Of a stretch of DNA of 59,911 nucleotides, positions 1 to 10,889 are shown piece by piece. A program made the position numbers and the translations under genes. Source of the DNA: an uncultured Clostridia bacterium (GTDB taxonomy: Bacteria; Bacillota; Clostridia; TANB77; CAG-508); contig CANPWE010000005.1 in assembly GCA_947581895.1 (NCBI GenBank), positions 1 through 59,911 of the forward strand, written 5' to 3'. Each line of letters opens with the position of its first letter. Within the stretch, counting starts at the first letter, position 1. A model generated the notes under the pieces. The model did not search any database, was not told the DNA's origin, and was given only the letters and a program-made list of their open reading frames with translations.

Positions 1-81
1 TAGCTAGCCGGTCTCCACTTAAGCCACATTTTCAAAATAATATATGTCAACAGCCATACTTATCTTGGATTTTTTGATGGT

Positions 82-165
82 CTCCTGCAAAAGCATTACA
101 TAACTATTGAATTTGACTACTCTACAGAAGTGGGTTGTTTGAATGGTGTGAAATAGGAATCTTTT
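82..165 (+). repeat. Partial, diverged third copy of the palindromic repeat family (right-arm side only)
   Basis: 93..126 gcattacataactattgaatttgactactctaca matches the right arm and flank of the element at 28553..28793 in the same orientation. Weaker similarity continues to about 160. Confidence 0.6.
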
Positions 166-189
166 ATGTGGGACAAATATTTAAAGATG

Positions 190-218
190 TTGAAAATTTG
201 GGAAATATATAATATAAT
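190..218 (+). promoter_or_regulatory. SigmaA-type promoter upstream of rbgA
   Basis: TTGAAA (190..195), 17 nt spacer, TATAAT (213..218). Confidence 0.5.
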
Positions 219-316
219 ACATAAGAGTGAAAAATTGATTATATGAGAAAAAATAGGTGAGTATTCTAAATTTTTTTTGTTTAGATGAAAATAAAAAGAT
301 ATAAGGAAGTGAAAAA

Positions 317-1207
317 ATGGATAATAAGATGAATATAAACTGGTATCCAGGACATATGGCTAAAACCAAAAGACAAATAATTGAAGATTTAAAATTAATA
401 GATGTTGTAGTAGAAATATTGGATGCAAGAATTCCTGTGTCTAGTCAAAATCCTGATGTTAAAGAATATATTAAAAATAAAAATAAAGTTATGGTTTTAA
501 ATAAATCAGATTTAGCAGATGAAAATGAAACTAAAAAATGGGTTAAATATTTTGAAAGTAAAGGAATTCCAGCAGTTATAACAGATTCTAGCAATGGTAA
601 AGGAATTAATGATGTTATAAAAACTGTTGAAAATATTGCTAAAGAAAATAAAGAAAAATTTGCTCAAAAAGGTAGAGTTGGGAAATCTATAAGAATTATG
701 ATTATAGGAATTCCAAATGTTGGAAAATCATCTTTCATAAATAGAATTACTAAAAAAAATACTGCACAAGTTGGAAATAGACCTGGTGTAACAAGACAAA
801 AACAGTGGATTAGAATAAAAGATGGAATTGAATTAATGGATACACCAGGTGTTTTGTGGCCTAAATTTGAGTCTGAAGAAGTGGGATTAAATTTGGCTTT
901 TACAGGAACAATTAAAGATGATATTTTGGAAAAAACTGAAATAGCATTTCAATTAATTAAATTTTTGGTTAATAATTATTTAAAAAATGTTGTTGAAAGA
1001 TATAAATTAGATGAAATTTTGGTAAATAATATTTTAAATAGTGATGAAGAAGAAAATGATAAAATCATGCAAATTATAGATATAATAGCTAAAAAAAGAG
1101 GGGCTATTTTATCTGGAGGAAGACTTGATTATGAAAAAATTTCTATAATCTTATTGGATGAATTTAGAAGTGGAAAAATGGGGAGAATTACAATTGAAAA
1201 AGTTTAA
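317..1207 (+). CDS. rbgA: Ribosome biogenesis GTPase A (YlqF/RbgA family)
   Basis: N-terminal NINWYPGHMAKT motif. Circularly permuted GTPase motifs NKSDL and GIPNVGKSS, then DTPG. AAGGAAG RBS 7 nt upstream. Confidence 0.9.
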   Translation: MDNKMNINWYPGHMAKTKRQIIEDLKLIDVVVEILDARIPVSSQNPDVKEYIKNKNKVMVLNKSDLADENETKKWVKYFESKGIPAVITDSSNGKGINDVIKTVENIAKENKEKFAQKGRVGKSIRIMIIGIPNVGKSSFINRITKKNTAQVGNRPGVTRQKQWIRIKDGIELMDTPGVLWPKFESEEVGLNLAFTGTIKDDILEKTEIAFQLIKFLVNNYLKNVVERYKLDEILVNNILNSDEEENDKIMQIIDIIAKKRGAILSGGRLDYEKISIILLDEFRSGKMGRITIEKV

Positions 1208-1369
1208 TAATAAATTTGGAATATTTTTGTCTTATCAAAATAAAAATTGAAGATAATTTTTGATTTTATTTTAATAATTAAAAAATGAAAATTTTAATGA
1301 AAATTGTTAAAATTAAGTAAATAAAGTCTTTTGTTTAAAAAAGAAAAGAAGAGGTGTAAAAAGAAAATA

Positions 1370-1762
1370 ATGGAATTAATTGATAGAGAAAAAAATGAAG
1401 TTGATGTAAATATGTTATCTCCATTAACATGGGCATATGTGGGTGATGCTATTTATGAATTATACATAAGAACAAATTTGGTAAATAATACTAAATTAAA
1501 ACCTCATAAATTACATATAGAATCTATAAAATATGTTAAAGCTAAAGCACAAGCTGATATATTAAAAAAAATTGAAGATAGTTTGACTGATGAAGAAAAA
1601 AATATAGTAAGAAGAGCTAGAAATGCAGAAAATCATCATTTGCCTAAAAACGCAGATCCTGTTGATTATATGTATTCTACTGCATTTGAGGGATTAATAG
1701 GTTATTTATATTTAACTAAAAAAGATGAGCGTCTAAAAGAAATTTTAAAAATGTGTATATAA
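1370..1762 (+). CDS. mrnC: Mini-ribonuclease III
   Basis: LSPLTWAYVGDAIYELYIR catalytic motif and about 130 aa length match Mini-III. I prefer the ATG at 1370 over the TTG at 1331, which would add a K-rich extension. Confidence 0.85.
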   Translation: MELIDREKNEVDVNMLSPLTWAYVGDAIYELYIRTNLVNNTKLKPHKLHIESIKYVKAKAQADILKKIEDSLTDEEKNIVRRARNAENHHLPKNADPVDYMYSTAFEGLIGYLYLTKKDERLKEILKMCI

Positions 1763-1820
1763 CCATTGACTATTGTGTAAGAAATATGTTATAAATAATA
1801 AGTAGCATAAAAAATGTTAT

Positions 1821-1895
1821 GGCCCGTTGGTCAAGCGGTTAAGACGCGGCCCTCTCAAGGCCGAATCATGGGTTCGATTCCCGTACGGGTCACCA
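1821..1895 (+). tRNA. tRNA-Glu (anticodon CUC), CCA encoded
   Basis: Manual cloverleaf: acceptor GGCCCGT/ACGGGTC, anticodon stem CGGCC/GGCCG, loop CTCTCAA, T-loop TTCGATT. The backbone is near-identical to Bacillus-type tRNA-Glu. Confidence 0.9.
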
Positions 1896-1911
1896 AAATT
1901 AAATATAATTA

Positions 1912-1955
1912 GAGTATCAAGGATTCTAATATTAGCTTGATACTCATATTTTTTA
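1912..1955 (+). terminator. Rho-independent terminator after tRNA-Glu (may also serve convergent gpr)
   Basis: 10 bp stem gagtatcaag/cttgatactc followed by a T-run. Confidence 0.6.
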
Positions 1956-2003
1956 TATAAAGAGTATGTGTCCACACAAATTCTGTGTTCCAAAATTTTT
2001 AGA

Positions 2004-2936
2004 TTAAACTGCAAAATTAATAGATCTAACAACAATATCTTTCATATTCTCAATTAAATCATCTATTTCTTTAGGTGTAACAATCATGTTATATCCTGTA
2101 GGATTCAAACTTTCCTTGATTTCTTCATAATTATCTTGTTCTTTTAACTTATTTAAATAATCATTAGATTTAGCTTCATTTTGTAATTTTTCAATAAATA
2201 AATTTAAACAATCATTAACCAAAACAGCAGATTCAACAACCATAGGAACTCCAATTGCAATAACAGGAATACCCATAGTATTAATACTTAATTCTTCTCT
2301 AGCATTTCCAACACCTCCACCTGGAACTATTCCTGTATCTGAAATTTGCACAGTACTACTAATTCTTTCAATGCTTTTTGATGCTAAACTATCTATAACA
2401 ATTAACATTTTTGGTTTTACATTATCTACAATCCCTTTAATAATTTCTGAAGTTTCAATCCCAGTAGTTCCAAGTACTCCTGGGGCAATAGCACAAACTG
2501 AACGAGTACCTTCTGTCACATATTGGGGTGTGTATTTTATAAAATGTTTTGTTACATCTATTTCAGAAACTACCTTTGGACCTAAAGAATCAGGTGTTAC
2601 AAATTGATTTCCTAAACCAACTACTAAAATTTCATCTTGACTTTCACAATGTGAATCTATTATTTTTTTTAATTCATCTTTTACAACTTCTGAGGCTTTT
2701 TCAATATCATCATCTGTTGCTAATTTTAAATTTTTAATGTCTACTGTTACATATGTTCCAATAGGTTTTCCAAGTGCTTGTTCTCCCTGAGAATCTAATA
2801 TTTTTACAATATTAGTTTTTATGTTTTGATTTACTGTATTTTCTGATGTTTCAATTCCTGGAATATTATCAAGTTTATTAGCTTTTTTGTATATGTCCTT
2901 TCGTTCATCAGCCATATCTGTTCTAAAATTATACAT
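2004..2936 (-). CDS. gpr: Germination protease GPR (spore SASP endopeptidase)
   Basis: N-terminus MYNFRTDMADE... and about 310 aa length are typical of GPR. The Gly-rich GVGNAREEL and GIPVIAIGVP motifs are conserved. Confidence 0.9.
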   Translation of the reverse strand: MYNFRTDMADERKDIYKKANKLDNIPGIETSENTVNQNIKTNIVKILDSQGEQALGKPIGTYVTVDIKNLKLATDDDIEKASEVVKDELKKIIDSHCESQDEILVVGLGNQFVTPDSLGPKVVSEIDVTKHFIKYTPQYVTEGTRSVCAIAPGVLGTTGIETSEIIKGIVDNVKPKMLIVIDSLASKSIERISSTVQISDTGIVPGGGVGNAREELSINTMGIPVIAIGVPMVVESAVLVNDCLNLFIEKLQNEAKSNDYLNKLKEQDNYEEIKESLNPTGYNMIVTPKEIDDLIENMKDIVVRSINFAV

Positions 2937-3031
2937 AAAATTACCTCACTTTCTTTGGATAGTATTTGATTTTTTATATAAATTTATTCGTATGTAATTT
3001 TAAGTAGTATGGTGTAAATTTTGAAGAAAAA

Positions 3032-3038
3032 TGTCGAA
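3032..3038 (+). promoter_or_regulatory. Perfect Spo0A-box heptamer (TGTCGAA) upstream of the recN promoter
   Basis: Exact TGTCGAA in aaaATGTCGAAAAAtt, 21 nt upstream of the -35. Confidence 0.35.
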
Positions 3039-3058
3039 AAATTCTTCTTGAAAAGGTA

Positions 3059-3087
3059 TTGACAATAATAATAAATGTTACTATAAT
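3059..3087 (+). promoter_or_regulatory. SigmaA-type promoter of recN
   Basis: TTGACA, 17 nt spacer, TATAAT (both consensus hexamers). Confidence 0.55.
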
Positions 3088-3119
3088 AAAACATAGGTTT
3101 GGCAAAAGGAGGTTTGCAT

Positions 3120-4748
3120 ATGATAAGTACAATGCATATAAAAAACATAGGGATTATAGAGGATTTAACAGTAGAGTTTAATAATGGTTTTAATGTTTTA
3201 ACAGGTGAAACTGGTGCAGGTAAAACACTAATTATAGACTCATTAGGTATAATATCAGGAGATAGATTTTCTAAAGATATGATTAGAAAAGGTGAGAATC
3301 ATTCTTTTGTTGAATTAAATTTATTTTTACCAAACAATGAAAATTCAATTGACTCTAATATTGTAGTTTCAAGAGAAATTTTTGATAATGGTAGAAATAC
3401 TTGTAAAATAAATGGAAGATTAGTTACAGTAAATGAATTGAAAGAATTTATGAGTAATATAATAGATATACATGGGCAAAATGATAATCAAATTTTGCTA
3501 AAAAAACAAGAACATATTAAATATTTAGATAATTTCATAGGGGATGAAATTTTAAACCAAAAGAGTGAATATTTAAAGTTATTTAATAACTATAATCAAA
3601 TAAAAAAGGAATTAAAAGAAAATTATGGTGATGAAAAAGAAAAACAACGTAAACTTGATTTATTAAAATATCAATTAAATGAAATTAATGAAGCTGATTT
3701 AAAAAAAGATGAAGAAAATGAATTAAATGAATTTCATAAAATGATGAAGAACTCTGAAAAAATATGTACTAATTTAGTAGAAATAGAACAAAATCTAAGT
3801 AATAATGCAATTGATGCTATAAATAATGCAATTAGATGTTTTGAAAAAATAGAAAATTTAAACAAGAAATATCAAAATAAACTAACAGAATTAAAAAACA
3901 TATATTATGAAGTACAAGAATTATCAAGAGATGTTTCAAGTATGAATAGTGATTTATTTTTTGATGAAGAAAAAAGAAATGATGTAGAAAAAAGGCTTGA
4001 TTTAATATATTCATTAAAAAGAAAATATGGTAATAGTATTGATGAAATATTAGAATATAAAAAAAATGTTGAAAATGAAATTTATAATATAGAAAATAGT
4101 GAAATACGTAATAATGAATTAAAACAACAATTAAATACATTAGAAGATAAAATGTTAATTCTGTGTATAAATATGAATAAATTGCGTAAAAAGTATAGTT
4201 TAATTTTAAGTGAACATATAAATAAAGAGCTTATTGAATTAGAAATGATTAATGCGAAATTTAGTGTATATATAGATTTTAATACTGAAAATCATTTTTC
4301 AGAAAATGGTTTAAATCAAGTTGAATTTTTAATTTCAACTAATATAGGTGATGATGCAAAACCACTAGTAAAAATAGCATCAGGTGGAGAAATTTCTAGA
4401 ATAATGCTTGCAATAAAAACTGTTTTAGCAGATACTGATAAAGTACCAATTTTAATATTTGATGAAATAGATACAGGAATAAGTGGAAAAGCAGCAAAAG
4501 CAGTAGGAGAACAGATAAAAACAATATCACAAAAACACCAAGTATTATGTGTTACTCATCAACCAAGTATAGCTGCAAAAGGAGATTATAATTATTATAT
4601 AAATAAAAAAGTAAAAGATGGAAAAACAATCACTAATATTAAATTATTAAGTGAGAAGGAAGTAATAAATGAAATAGCAAGAATTTCTAGTGGAGAAATT
4701 ACAGTTAATTCATTAAATCATGCTAAAGAATTAAGAAAAGTAGGGTAA
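3120..4748 (+). CDS. recN: DNA repair protein RecN
   Basis: Walker A GETGAGKT, long central coiled coil, C-terminal ASGGEISR signature and ILIFDEIDTGISG. AAAGGAGG RBS 7 nt before the ATG at 3120. Confidence 0.9.
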   Translation: MISTMHIKNIGIIEDLTVEFNNGFNVLTGETGAGKTLIIDSLGIISGDRFSKDMIRKGENHSFVELNLFLPNNENSIDSNIVVSREIFDNGRNTCKINGRLVTVNELKEFMSNIIDIHGQNDNQILLKKQEHIKYLDNFIGDEILNQKSEYLKLFNNYNQIKKELKENYGDEKEKQRKLDLLKYQLNEINEADLKKDEENELNEFHKMMKNSEKICTNLVEIEQNLSNNAIDAINNAIRCFEKIENLNKKYQNKLTELKNIYYEVQELSRDVSSMNSDLFFDEEKRNDVEKRLDLIYSLKRKYGNSIDEILEYKKNVENEIYNIENSEIRNNELKQQLNTLEDKMLILCINMNKLRKKYSLILSEHINKELIELEMINAKFSVYIDFNTENHFSENGLNQVEFLISTNIGDDAKPLVKIASGGEISRIMLAIKTVLADTDKVPILIFDEIDTGISGKAAKAVGEQIKTISQKHQVLCVTHQPSIAAKGDYNYYINKKVKDGKTITNIKLLSEKEVINEIARISSGEITVNSLNHAKELRKVG

Positions 4749-4893
4749 ATTGAAATTATCATATAAAATTTCCATTTAAAGTTGATTTAGTAGAAACTTC
4801 CACCTTAAAGAAAAGGTTTTTAAAAGTATTTACTTTTAAAGGTTTTTAATATATAATATTGAAAGTTTAGTAATTATGAAGGAGGAACTGTTT

Positions 4894-6399
4894 ATGAGCG
4901 AAAATGAAGTAAATAATACACAAGAAGTTGACTTAAATCAATTAATGAAAGTTAGGAGAGAAAAATTATCAGAATTACAAAAACAAGGAAAAGATCCATA
5001 TCAAATAACAAAATTTAACAGAACTAACACAGCAGGAGAAATAAAGGCAAATTATGATAAATTCGAAGAAAAAGATGTAACAATTGCAGGAAGAATAATT
5101 GCAAAAAGAATAATGGGAAAAGCTTCTTTTTGTACTATACAAGATTGTGATGAAAGAATTCAAAGTTATGTTAGTATAAATGATATAGGAGAAGAAAGCT
5201 ATAAAGCATTTAAAACATATGATATAGGAGATTTTATAGGAATAACAGGTTTTGTATTTAAAACAAAAACTGAAGAAATTTCAGTACATGCTAAAGAAGT
5301 AACTTTATTATCAAAATCATTACGTCCATTACCAGAAAAATTCCATGGACTAAAAGATCCAGATTTACGTTATAGACAAAGATATGTTGATTTAATAGTA
5401 AATCCAGAAGTTAAAAAAAGTTTTGAAACAAGAAGTAAAATAATAAAAGAAATTAGAAAAATATTAGATGAAAAAGGATTTTTAGAAGTTGAAACACCTA
5501 TATTAAATACTATTTCTGGTGGAGCAACAGCTAAACCATTTCAAACACATCATAATGCATTAGATATTTCAATGTATTTAAGAATAGCATTAGAATTAAA
5601 TCTAAAAAGATTAATTGTTGGTGGAATTGATAAAGTATATGAAATGGGGAGAGTTTTTAGAAATGAAGGAATGGATATAAGACATAATCCTGAATTCACA
5701 GAATTAGAATTATATGCTGCTTACCAAGATTATAATGATATGATGGATATAACAGAAGAAATTTTTGCTAGATGTGCTAAAGAAGTTATTGGCTCAACTA
5801 AAATAACATACCAGGGACAAGAAATTGATTTAACACCATCATGGAAAAGAATAACAATGATAGATTCTATTAAAGAAGTTACAGGAATAGATTTCAATAC
5901 AATTAATTCTGATGAAGAAGCGGTAGCATTAGCAAAAGAAAGAGGAATCGTAATTCCTGATACAACAAAAGAAACAAGAGGAGATGTTATAAGTTTCTTT
6001 TTTGATGAATATGTTGAAAAAACATTAGTACAACCAACTTTCATATATGATTATCCAGTTGAAATTTCACCACTAGCAAAAAGAAAGGCTACTGATCCAC
6101 GATTAACTGAAAGATTTGAATTATTTATAGGTGGACGTGAATATGGAAATGCTTTTTCAGAATTAAATGATCCAATAGACCAATATGAAAGATTTAAAAA
6201 ACAAGTTGAAGCAAGAGAAGCAGGAGATGAAGAAGCTGGAATGATGGATGAAGATTATGTTCAAGCTTTAGAATATGGAATGCCTCCAACTGGTGGATTA
6301 GGAATAGGAATTGATAGACTTATAATGTTACTTACAGATTCTGTATCTATAAGAGATGTATTATTATTTCCAACAATGAAACCTCTAACAGATTATTAA
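4894..6399 (+). CDS. lysS: Lysine--tRNA ligase (class II)
   Basis: Class II motifs: [24 protein letters not shown] and [21 protein letters not shown] before the ATG at 4894. Confidence 0.95.
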   Translation: MSENEVNNTQEVDLNQLMKVRREKLSELQKQGKDPYQITKFNRTNTAGEIKANYDKFEEKDVTIAGRIIAKRIMGKASFCTIQDCDERIQSYVSINDIGEESYKAFKTYDIGDFIGITGFVFKTKTEEISVHAKEVTLLSKSLRPLPEKFHGLKDPDLRYRQRYVDLIVNPEVKKSFETRSKIIKEIRKILDEKGFLEVETPILNTISGGATAKPFQTHHNALDISMYLRIALELNLKRLIVGGIDKVYEMGRVFRNEGMDIRHNPEFTELELYAAYQDYNDMMDITEEIFARCAKEVIGSTKITYQGQEIDLTPSWKRITMIDSIKEVTGIDFNTINSDEEAVALAKERGIVIPDTTKETRGDVISFFFDEYVEKTLVQPTFIYDYPVEISPLAKRKATDPRLTERFELFIGGREYGNAFSELNDPIDQYERFKKQVEAREAGDEEAGMMDEDYVQALEYGMPPTGGLGIGIDRLIMLLTDSVSIRDVLLFPTMKPLTDY

Positions 6400-6510
6400 T
6401 ATTAAGTAAATAGTGTTATGTTAATATGGAAAATGTATATTATATCAATTTGAAAATTTATTATTAAGTACTAATCCATATAAAAAATATATTGTGATGA
6501 AAGGAAAATT

Positions 6511-7263
6511 ATGTTTAGTTTTGACAAAAGAATTTTATATATTATTTTAGGAATATTTGTTTTAAGAAATATCGTAAGTAGACTTACGAGTACAGAAAGT
6601 ATACTAATATTGCTATTAACATTACTAGCTGTACTTATATCTATAACTTTTCATGAATTTGCACATGCATTTTCAGCAGATAAATTAGGGGATGATACCC
6701 CACGACAACAGGGAAGACTAACATTAAATCCATTAAAACATATTGATCCAGTTGGATTTATATTATTAATTGTTGCTGGTTTTGGATGGGGAAGACCTGT
6801 ACAAATAAATCCAGTAAAATTTAAAAGAAATATATCAATGACAAAGGCAGAAGCAATAGTTTCTATTGCAGGACCATTAATGAACTTCTTTTTAGCTATT
6901 ATTTCAACTATAATATTGGGTGTATTATTAAAATATGATTTTTTAATTAATCTTCCATATAGAATAGCGTGGTTAATAATAATATTTATGATTGAACTAG
7001 TATCAATAAACATAGGATTGGGGTTATTTAATTTAATACCACTTCCACCACTTGATGGTTCAAAAATTATAAATCCCTTTTTGCCATATAATGCTAAAGT
7101 ATGGTTTGAAAGAAATGAAATGATATTATATATGGTTTTTATAGTTATATGGGTTACAGGTATTGCAGGTCTTATAATAACACCTTGTATAAATGGAACA
7201 GTAAAAGGTCTATTTGCATTAATAGGGAATATTCTTAATGTTAACTTAAATTTATTTATATAA
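6511..7263 (+). CDS. Site-2 protease family (M50) zinc metalloprotease, integral membrane
   Basis: HEFAHA zinc motif within a TM helix, downstream NLIPLPPLDGS motif, multiple hydrophobic segments. Confidence 0.8.
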   Translation: MFSFDKRILYIILGIFVLRNIVSRLTSTESILILLLTLLAVLISITFHEFAHAFSADKLGDDTPRQQGRLTLNPLKHIDPVGFILLIVAGFGWGRPVQINPVKFKRNISMTKAEAIVSIAGPLMNFFLAIISTIILGVLLKYDFLINLPYRIAWLIIIFMIELVSINIGLGLFNLIPLPPLDGSKIINPFLPYNAKVWFERNEMILYMVFIVIWVTGIAGLIITPCINGTVKGLFALIGNILNVNLNLFI

Positions 7264-7328
7264 AAGTTAACTTTATTCTAAATATAATAGAAAGGAGCAC
7301 AAGATTTATATTATCTTGTGATAAGTAA

Positions 7329-8330
7329 ATGAAAGATATAATAACTCTCGGAATCGAATCAAGTTGTGATGAGACTTCAGTTGCAGTAGTAAGAAATGGC
7401 AGAGAAGTACTTTCAAATGTTATAAATTCACAAATAAAAATACATGAACAATATGGAGGGGTTGTACCTGAAATAGCATCAAGAAATCATGTAGAAGCTA
7501 TTTCTGAAGTTACAAACCAAGCATTAAAGGAAGCTAATATTAAATTTGAAGATATAGACCATATTGCATGTACATATGGTCCTGGTCTAGTAGGAGCCTT
7601 ATTAGTAGGAGTCTCATATGCAAAAGCTTTAAGTTATACATTAAATATTCCACTAGTAGGAACAAATCATATACAAGGTCATATAGCAGCAAATTACATA
7701 ACTCATAAAGATTTGGAGCCTCCATTTTTATGTATGATAATTTCAGGAGGTCATACTCATTTAGTATATATAAAAAATTATGAAGAATTCGAAATATTAG
7801 GTAAAACAAGAGATGATGCAATTGGAGAAGCTTTTGATAAAGTAGCAAGAGTAATAGGTTTAGGATACCCAGGAGGACCTAAAATTGATAAATTAGCTAA
7901 AGAAGGAAATGCAAATATACAATTACCTAAAACTCATTTTGATAATTTAGATTTCAGTTTTAGTGGGATAAAAACTGCAATAATAAATTTACATCATAAA
8001 AATCCAGATATAAATAAAGCAGATTTATGTGCTAGTTTTGAAGAAAATGTAACACAAGTTTTATTAGATAATGTATTAAAAGCAAGTAAAAGTTTAAATA
8101 TAAATAAAGTTGCATTAGCAGGAGGTGTTTCTGCAAATACATATATAAGAGATAGATTTATGGAATTAGAGAAAACACATAATATGAAAATATATTATCC
8201 AACCCCTATTCTTTGTACAGATAATGCTGCAATGATAGCATGTGCAGGATATTATAACTATATTAATGGAAAAAAATCTGATTTATATTTGAATGCAATC
8301 CCTAATTTAAAATTAGGAGAAGAAATATAA
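7329..8330 (+). CDS. tsaD: tRNA N6-adenosine threonylcarbamoyltransferase
   Basis: [15 protein letters not shown] start, [16 protein letters not shown] metal-binding motif. Confidence 0.95.
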   Translation: MKDIITLGIESSCDETSVAVVRNGREVLSNVINSQIKIHEQYGGVVPEIASRNHVEAISEVTNQALKEANIKFEDIDHIACTYGPGLVGALLVGVSYAKALSYTLNIPLVGTNHIQGHIAANYITHKDLEPPFLCMIISGGHTHLVYIKNYEEFEILGKTRDDAIGEAFDKVARVIGLGYPGGPKIDKLAKEGNANIQLPKTHFDNLDFSFSGIKTAIINLHHKNPDINKADLCASFEENVTQVLLDNVLKASKSLNINKVALAGGVSANTYIRDRFMELEKTHNMKIYYPTPILCTDNAAMIACAGYYNYINGKKSDLYLNAIPNLKLGEEI

Positions 8331-8401
8331 ATTAAGTATATTTTATAATAAAAAGTTGCAATTTTATTAAAAAGTAGTTATTGAAGAAAAGGAGGAATAA
8401 T

Positions 8402-9109
8402 ATGGCAATATATGTTATAGCTGATTTACATTTATCTTTTACTGTAAATAAACCTATGGACATCTTTGGAAATAATTGGGAAAAACATGAAGAAAAAATT
8501 AAAAAAGATTGGCTTGAAAACGTTAAAACTGAAGATACAGTTATTCTTCCAGGAGATTTTTCTTGGGCTACATATATAGAAGAAGCAAAAAAAGATTTTG
8601 AATATTTAAATGATTTACCAGGAAAAAAAATTTTATTAAAGGGAAATCATGATTATTGGTGGACAACTTTGAAAAAAATGAAAGAATTTGTAAAAGAAAA
8701 TAATTTTACTAATATAGATTTTTTATATAATAATTCACATTTGGTTGAAGACAAAATTATAGTAGGTTCAAGAGGTTGGTCTTTGCAAGATACTGAAGAA
8801 AGTAGAAAAATGATAAATAGAGAAAATGAAAGATTAAAATTATCTCTTAAAGATGGGATAGAAAATTATGGTAATAGTAGAGAAATAATTGTGTTTATGC
8901 ATTATCCACCAATTTTATCTAAGAATTTGTTGGATAATAATCATTTAGAATTTTTTAAAACAATGAAACAATATAATATAAAAGAATGTTATTATGGGCA
9001 TTTACATGGAAATTCTCATAATGAGGCAGTAGAAGGTAATGTGGGAGGAATAAATTTTCATTTAATAAGTGCAGATTATTTAAATTTTAAATTAATGAAA
9101 ATATGTTAA
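8402..9109 (+). CDS. Metallophosphoesterase family protein
   Basis: Calcineurin-like motifs DLHL, GDFSW, GNHDYW and HYPP. AGGAGG RBS before the ATG at 8402. Confidence 0.75.
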   Translation: MAIYVIADLHLSFTVNKPMDIFGNNWEKHEEKIKKDWLENVKTEDTVILPGDFSWATYIEEAKKDFEYLNDLPGKKILLKGNHDYWWTTLKKMKEFVKENNFTNIDFLYNNSHLVEDKIIVGSRGWSLQDTEESRKMINRENERLKLSLKDGIENYGNSREIIVFMHYPPILSKNLLDNNHLEFFKTMKQYNIKECYYGHLHGNSHNEAVEGNVGGINFHLISADYLNFKLMKIC

Positions 9110-9254
9110 ATTATAACAATAAATAGAGAGTTCCTAATAGAAAACTTTTTTACTGAAACTATTGCAAAACTGGAAAAATGTGGTATAATAAAAAAGCTAG
9201 TTACTTTTCAAGAAAGTAACATAAAAGAGAGAGTTGAAAGGATGTATGTAGAAA

Positions 9255-10538
9255 ATGAGTATAAAAGTAGAAAAAACAGATAATACAAATGAATTAAAGT
9301 TAACATTTACTATTCCAGCAGAAAAATTTGATGAAGGAATGAAAAAAGTATATGCTAAAACAGCAAAATATTTCAACATACCAGGATTTAGAAAAGGAAA
9401 AGCACCAATGGCTTTAGTTGAAAGAACATATGGTTCAGAAATATTTTATGAAGATACTTTTAATGAAATAGTTCCTGAAATATTTGATAATGAAGTTAAA
9501 GAGAATAATATAGAGGTTGTTAGTAAACCACAAATAGATATAGTAGAAATGGGAAAGGGTAAAGATTTAGTATTTACAGCTATTGTACAAGTTAAACCTG
9601 AATTCAAATTAGGAAAATATAAAGGTATATCTATGAAAAAAGTAGAATACAAAGTAACAGATGAAGATATACAAAAAGAATTAGAGCGTATGGCTGATAA
9701 AAATTCAAGATTAGTAAGTGTAGAAAATGAACCAGTTGTTGAAAAAGATATAGTTGTTATAGATTTTGAAGGTTTTGTAGATGGAGTAGCATTTGAAGGT
9801 GGAAAAGCAGAAAACCATGAGTTAGAAATTGGTAGCAAAACATTTATACCAGGATTTGAAGATCAAATAATAGGAATGAAAATAGATGAAGAAAGAGATA
9901 TAAATGTAAAATTCCCAGAAGAATATTTTTCAGCAGAACTAGCTGGAAAAGATGCTGTATTTAAAGTAAAATTACATGAAATAAAAAGAAAAGAACTACC
10001 TAATTTAGATGATGAATTTGCTAAAGATGTTAGTGAATTTGATACTCTTGAAGAATTAAAAAACAGTATTAAAGAAAAATTAGAAGAAGAAAATACAAAT
10101 AAAGCAAAATATGAAACAGAAAATAATGCTATAAAAAAAGTATGTGATTCAACAGAAATAGAAATTCCATCTGGAATGATAGACACAGAAATTGATAATA
10201 TGTTAAAAGATATTGAAACAAGATTATCATATCAAGGTTTCAATATGAAACAATATCTTCAAATGGTAGGAAAAACAGAAGAAGATATGAGAAAAGAATA
10301 TGAAGAACAAGCCAAAATATCTGTAAAAAATAGATTAGTATTAGAAGCAATAGTAAAAGCTGAAAAATTGGAAGCATCTGAAGAAGAAATTACTGAAAAA
10401 ATCAATGAAATGGCTGAAAATTATGGAAGAAAAGCTGAAGATTTAAAAAATAATGAACAATTAATCAATTATATAAAAAATAATATGGCAATAGAAAATG
10501 CAGTAAAATTTGTAGTTGAAAATGCAAAAATAAAATAA
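9255..10538 (+). CDS. tig: Trigger factor
   Basis: GFRKGKAP ribosome-binding signature and a central FKBP-type PPIase segment (IDFEGFVDG...FIPGFE). Position upstream of clpP-clpX. Confidence 0.95.
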   Translation: MSIKVEKTDNTNELKLTFTIPAEKFDEGMKKVYAKTAKYFNIPGFRKGKAPMALVERTYGSEIFYEDTFNEIVPEIFDNEVKENNIEVVSKPQIDIVEMGKGKDLVFTAIVQVKPEFKLGKYKGISMKKVEYKVTDEDIQKELERMADKNSRLVSVENEPVVEKDIVVIDFEGFVDGVAFEGGKAENHELEIGSKTFIPGFEDQIIGMKIDEERDINVKFPEEYFSAELAGKDAVFKVKLHEIKRKELPNLDDEFAKDVSEFDTLEELKNSIKEKLEEENTNKAKYETENNAIKKVCDSTEIEIPSGMIDTEIDNMLKDIETRLSYQGFNMKQYLQMVGKTEEDMRKEYEEQAKISVKNRLVLEAIVKAEKLEASEEEITEKINEMAENYGRKAEDLKNNEQLINYIKNNMAIENAVKFVVENAKIK

Positions 10539-10550
10539 GTAATAAATGTA

Positions 10551-10585
10551 AAAAGTTAGGGATAAAGATTGTTCCTAACTTTTTG
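10551..10585 (+). terminator. Rho-independent terminator of tig
   Basis: 10 bp stem aaaagttagg/cctaactttt followed by T residues. Confidence 0.7.
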
Positions 10586-10677
10586 CTAATTTACATAAGC
10601 TTAATTATTATGATAATTTACGATAATAAAAAAATGTAAAATTGAAATGAGAAAATTTAAATAATTCAAAATAAGTA

Positions 10678-10706
10678 TTGAAAAAAAGGTCATTATAGTA
10701 TAAAAT
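10678..10706 (+). promoter_or_regulatory. Candidate clpP promoter overlapped by a degenerate CtsR-like box
   Basis: TTGAAA, 17 nt spacer, TAAAAT. The spacer contains GGTCATTATAGTATAAA (10688..10704), which only partly matches the CtsR direct repeat GGTCAAAnAnGGTCAAA. Confidence 0.3.
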
Positions 10707-10889
10707 GCTATTAATATTTAGATAAATAGTAACTAAAAAAAGTATTATTTATAAAATATATAATAAGAAAAATATTAGTTATATAATTAAATGGTATGTT
10801 ATATAAAAAAGTAATTTGTGAATAATTATATTAATAATTCATAAGTAGTGTAATATACTATATATTTTAAATAAAATAGGAGGATAAAT

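Noticed and set aside
1817-2035. 72 aa minus-strand ORF overlapping tRNA-Glu
   Set aside because: It reads through the complement of a well-folded tRNA and its terminator. It is not a gene.
4749-4893. T-box or lysine riboswitch upstream of lysS
   Set aside because: The leader is only ~145 nt. I could find no T-box consensus (AGGGTGGTACCGCG-like) or L-box-like conserved helices. Only a weak AT hairpin is present.
10688-10704. CtsR operator at the clpP promoter
   Set aside because: Only the first half-site (GGTCATT) resembles GGTCAAA, and the second (GTATAAA) is poor. I keep it as a low-confidence note within the promoter feature, not as a finding.
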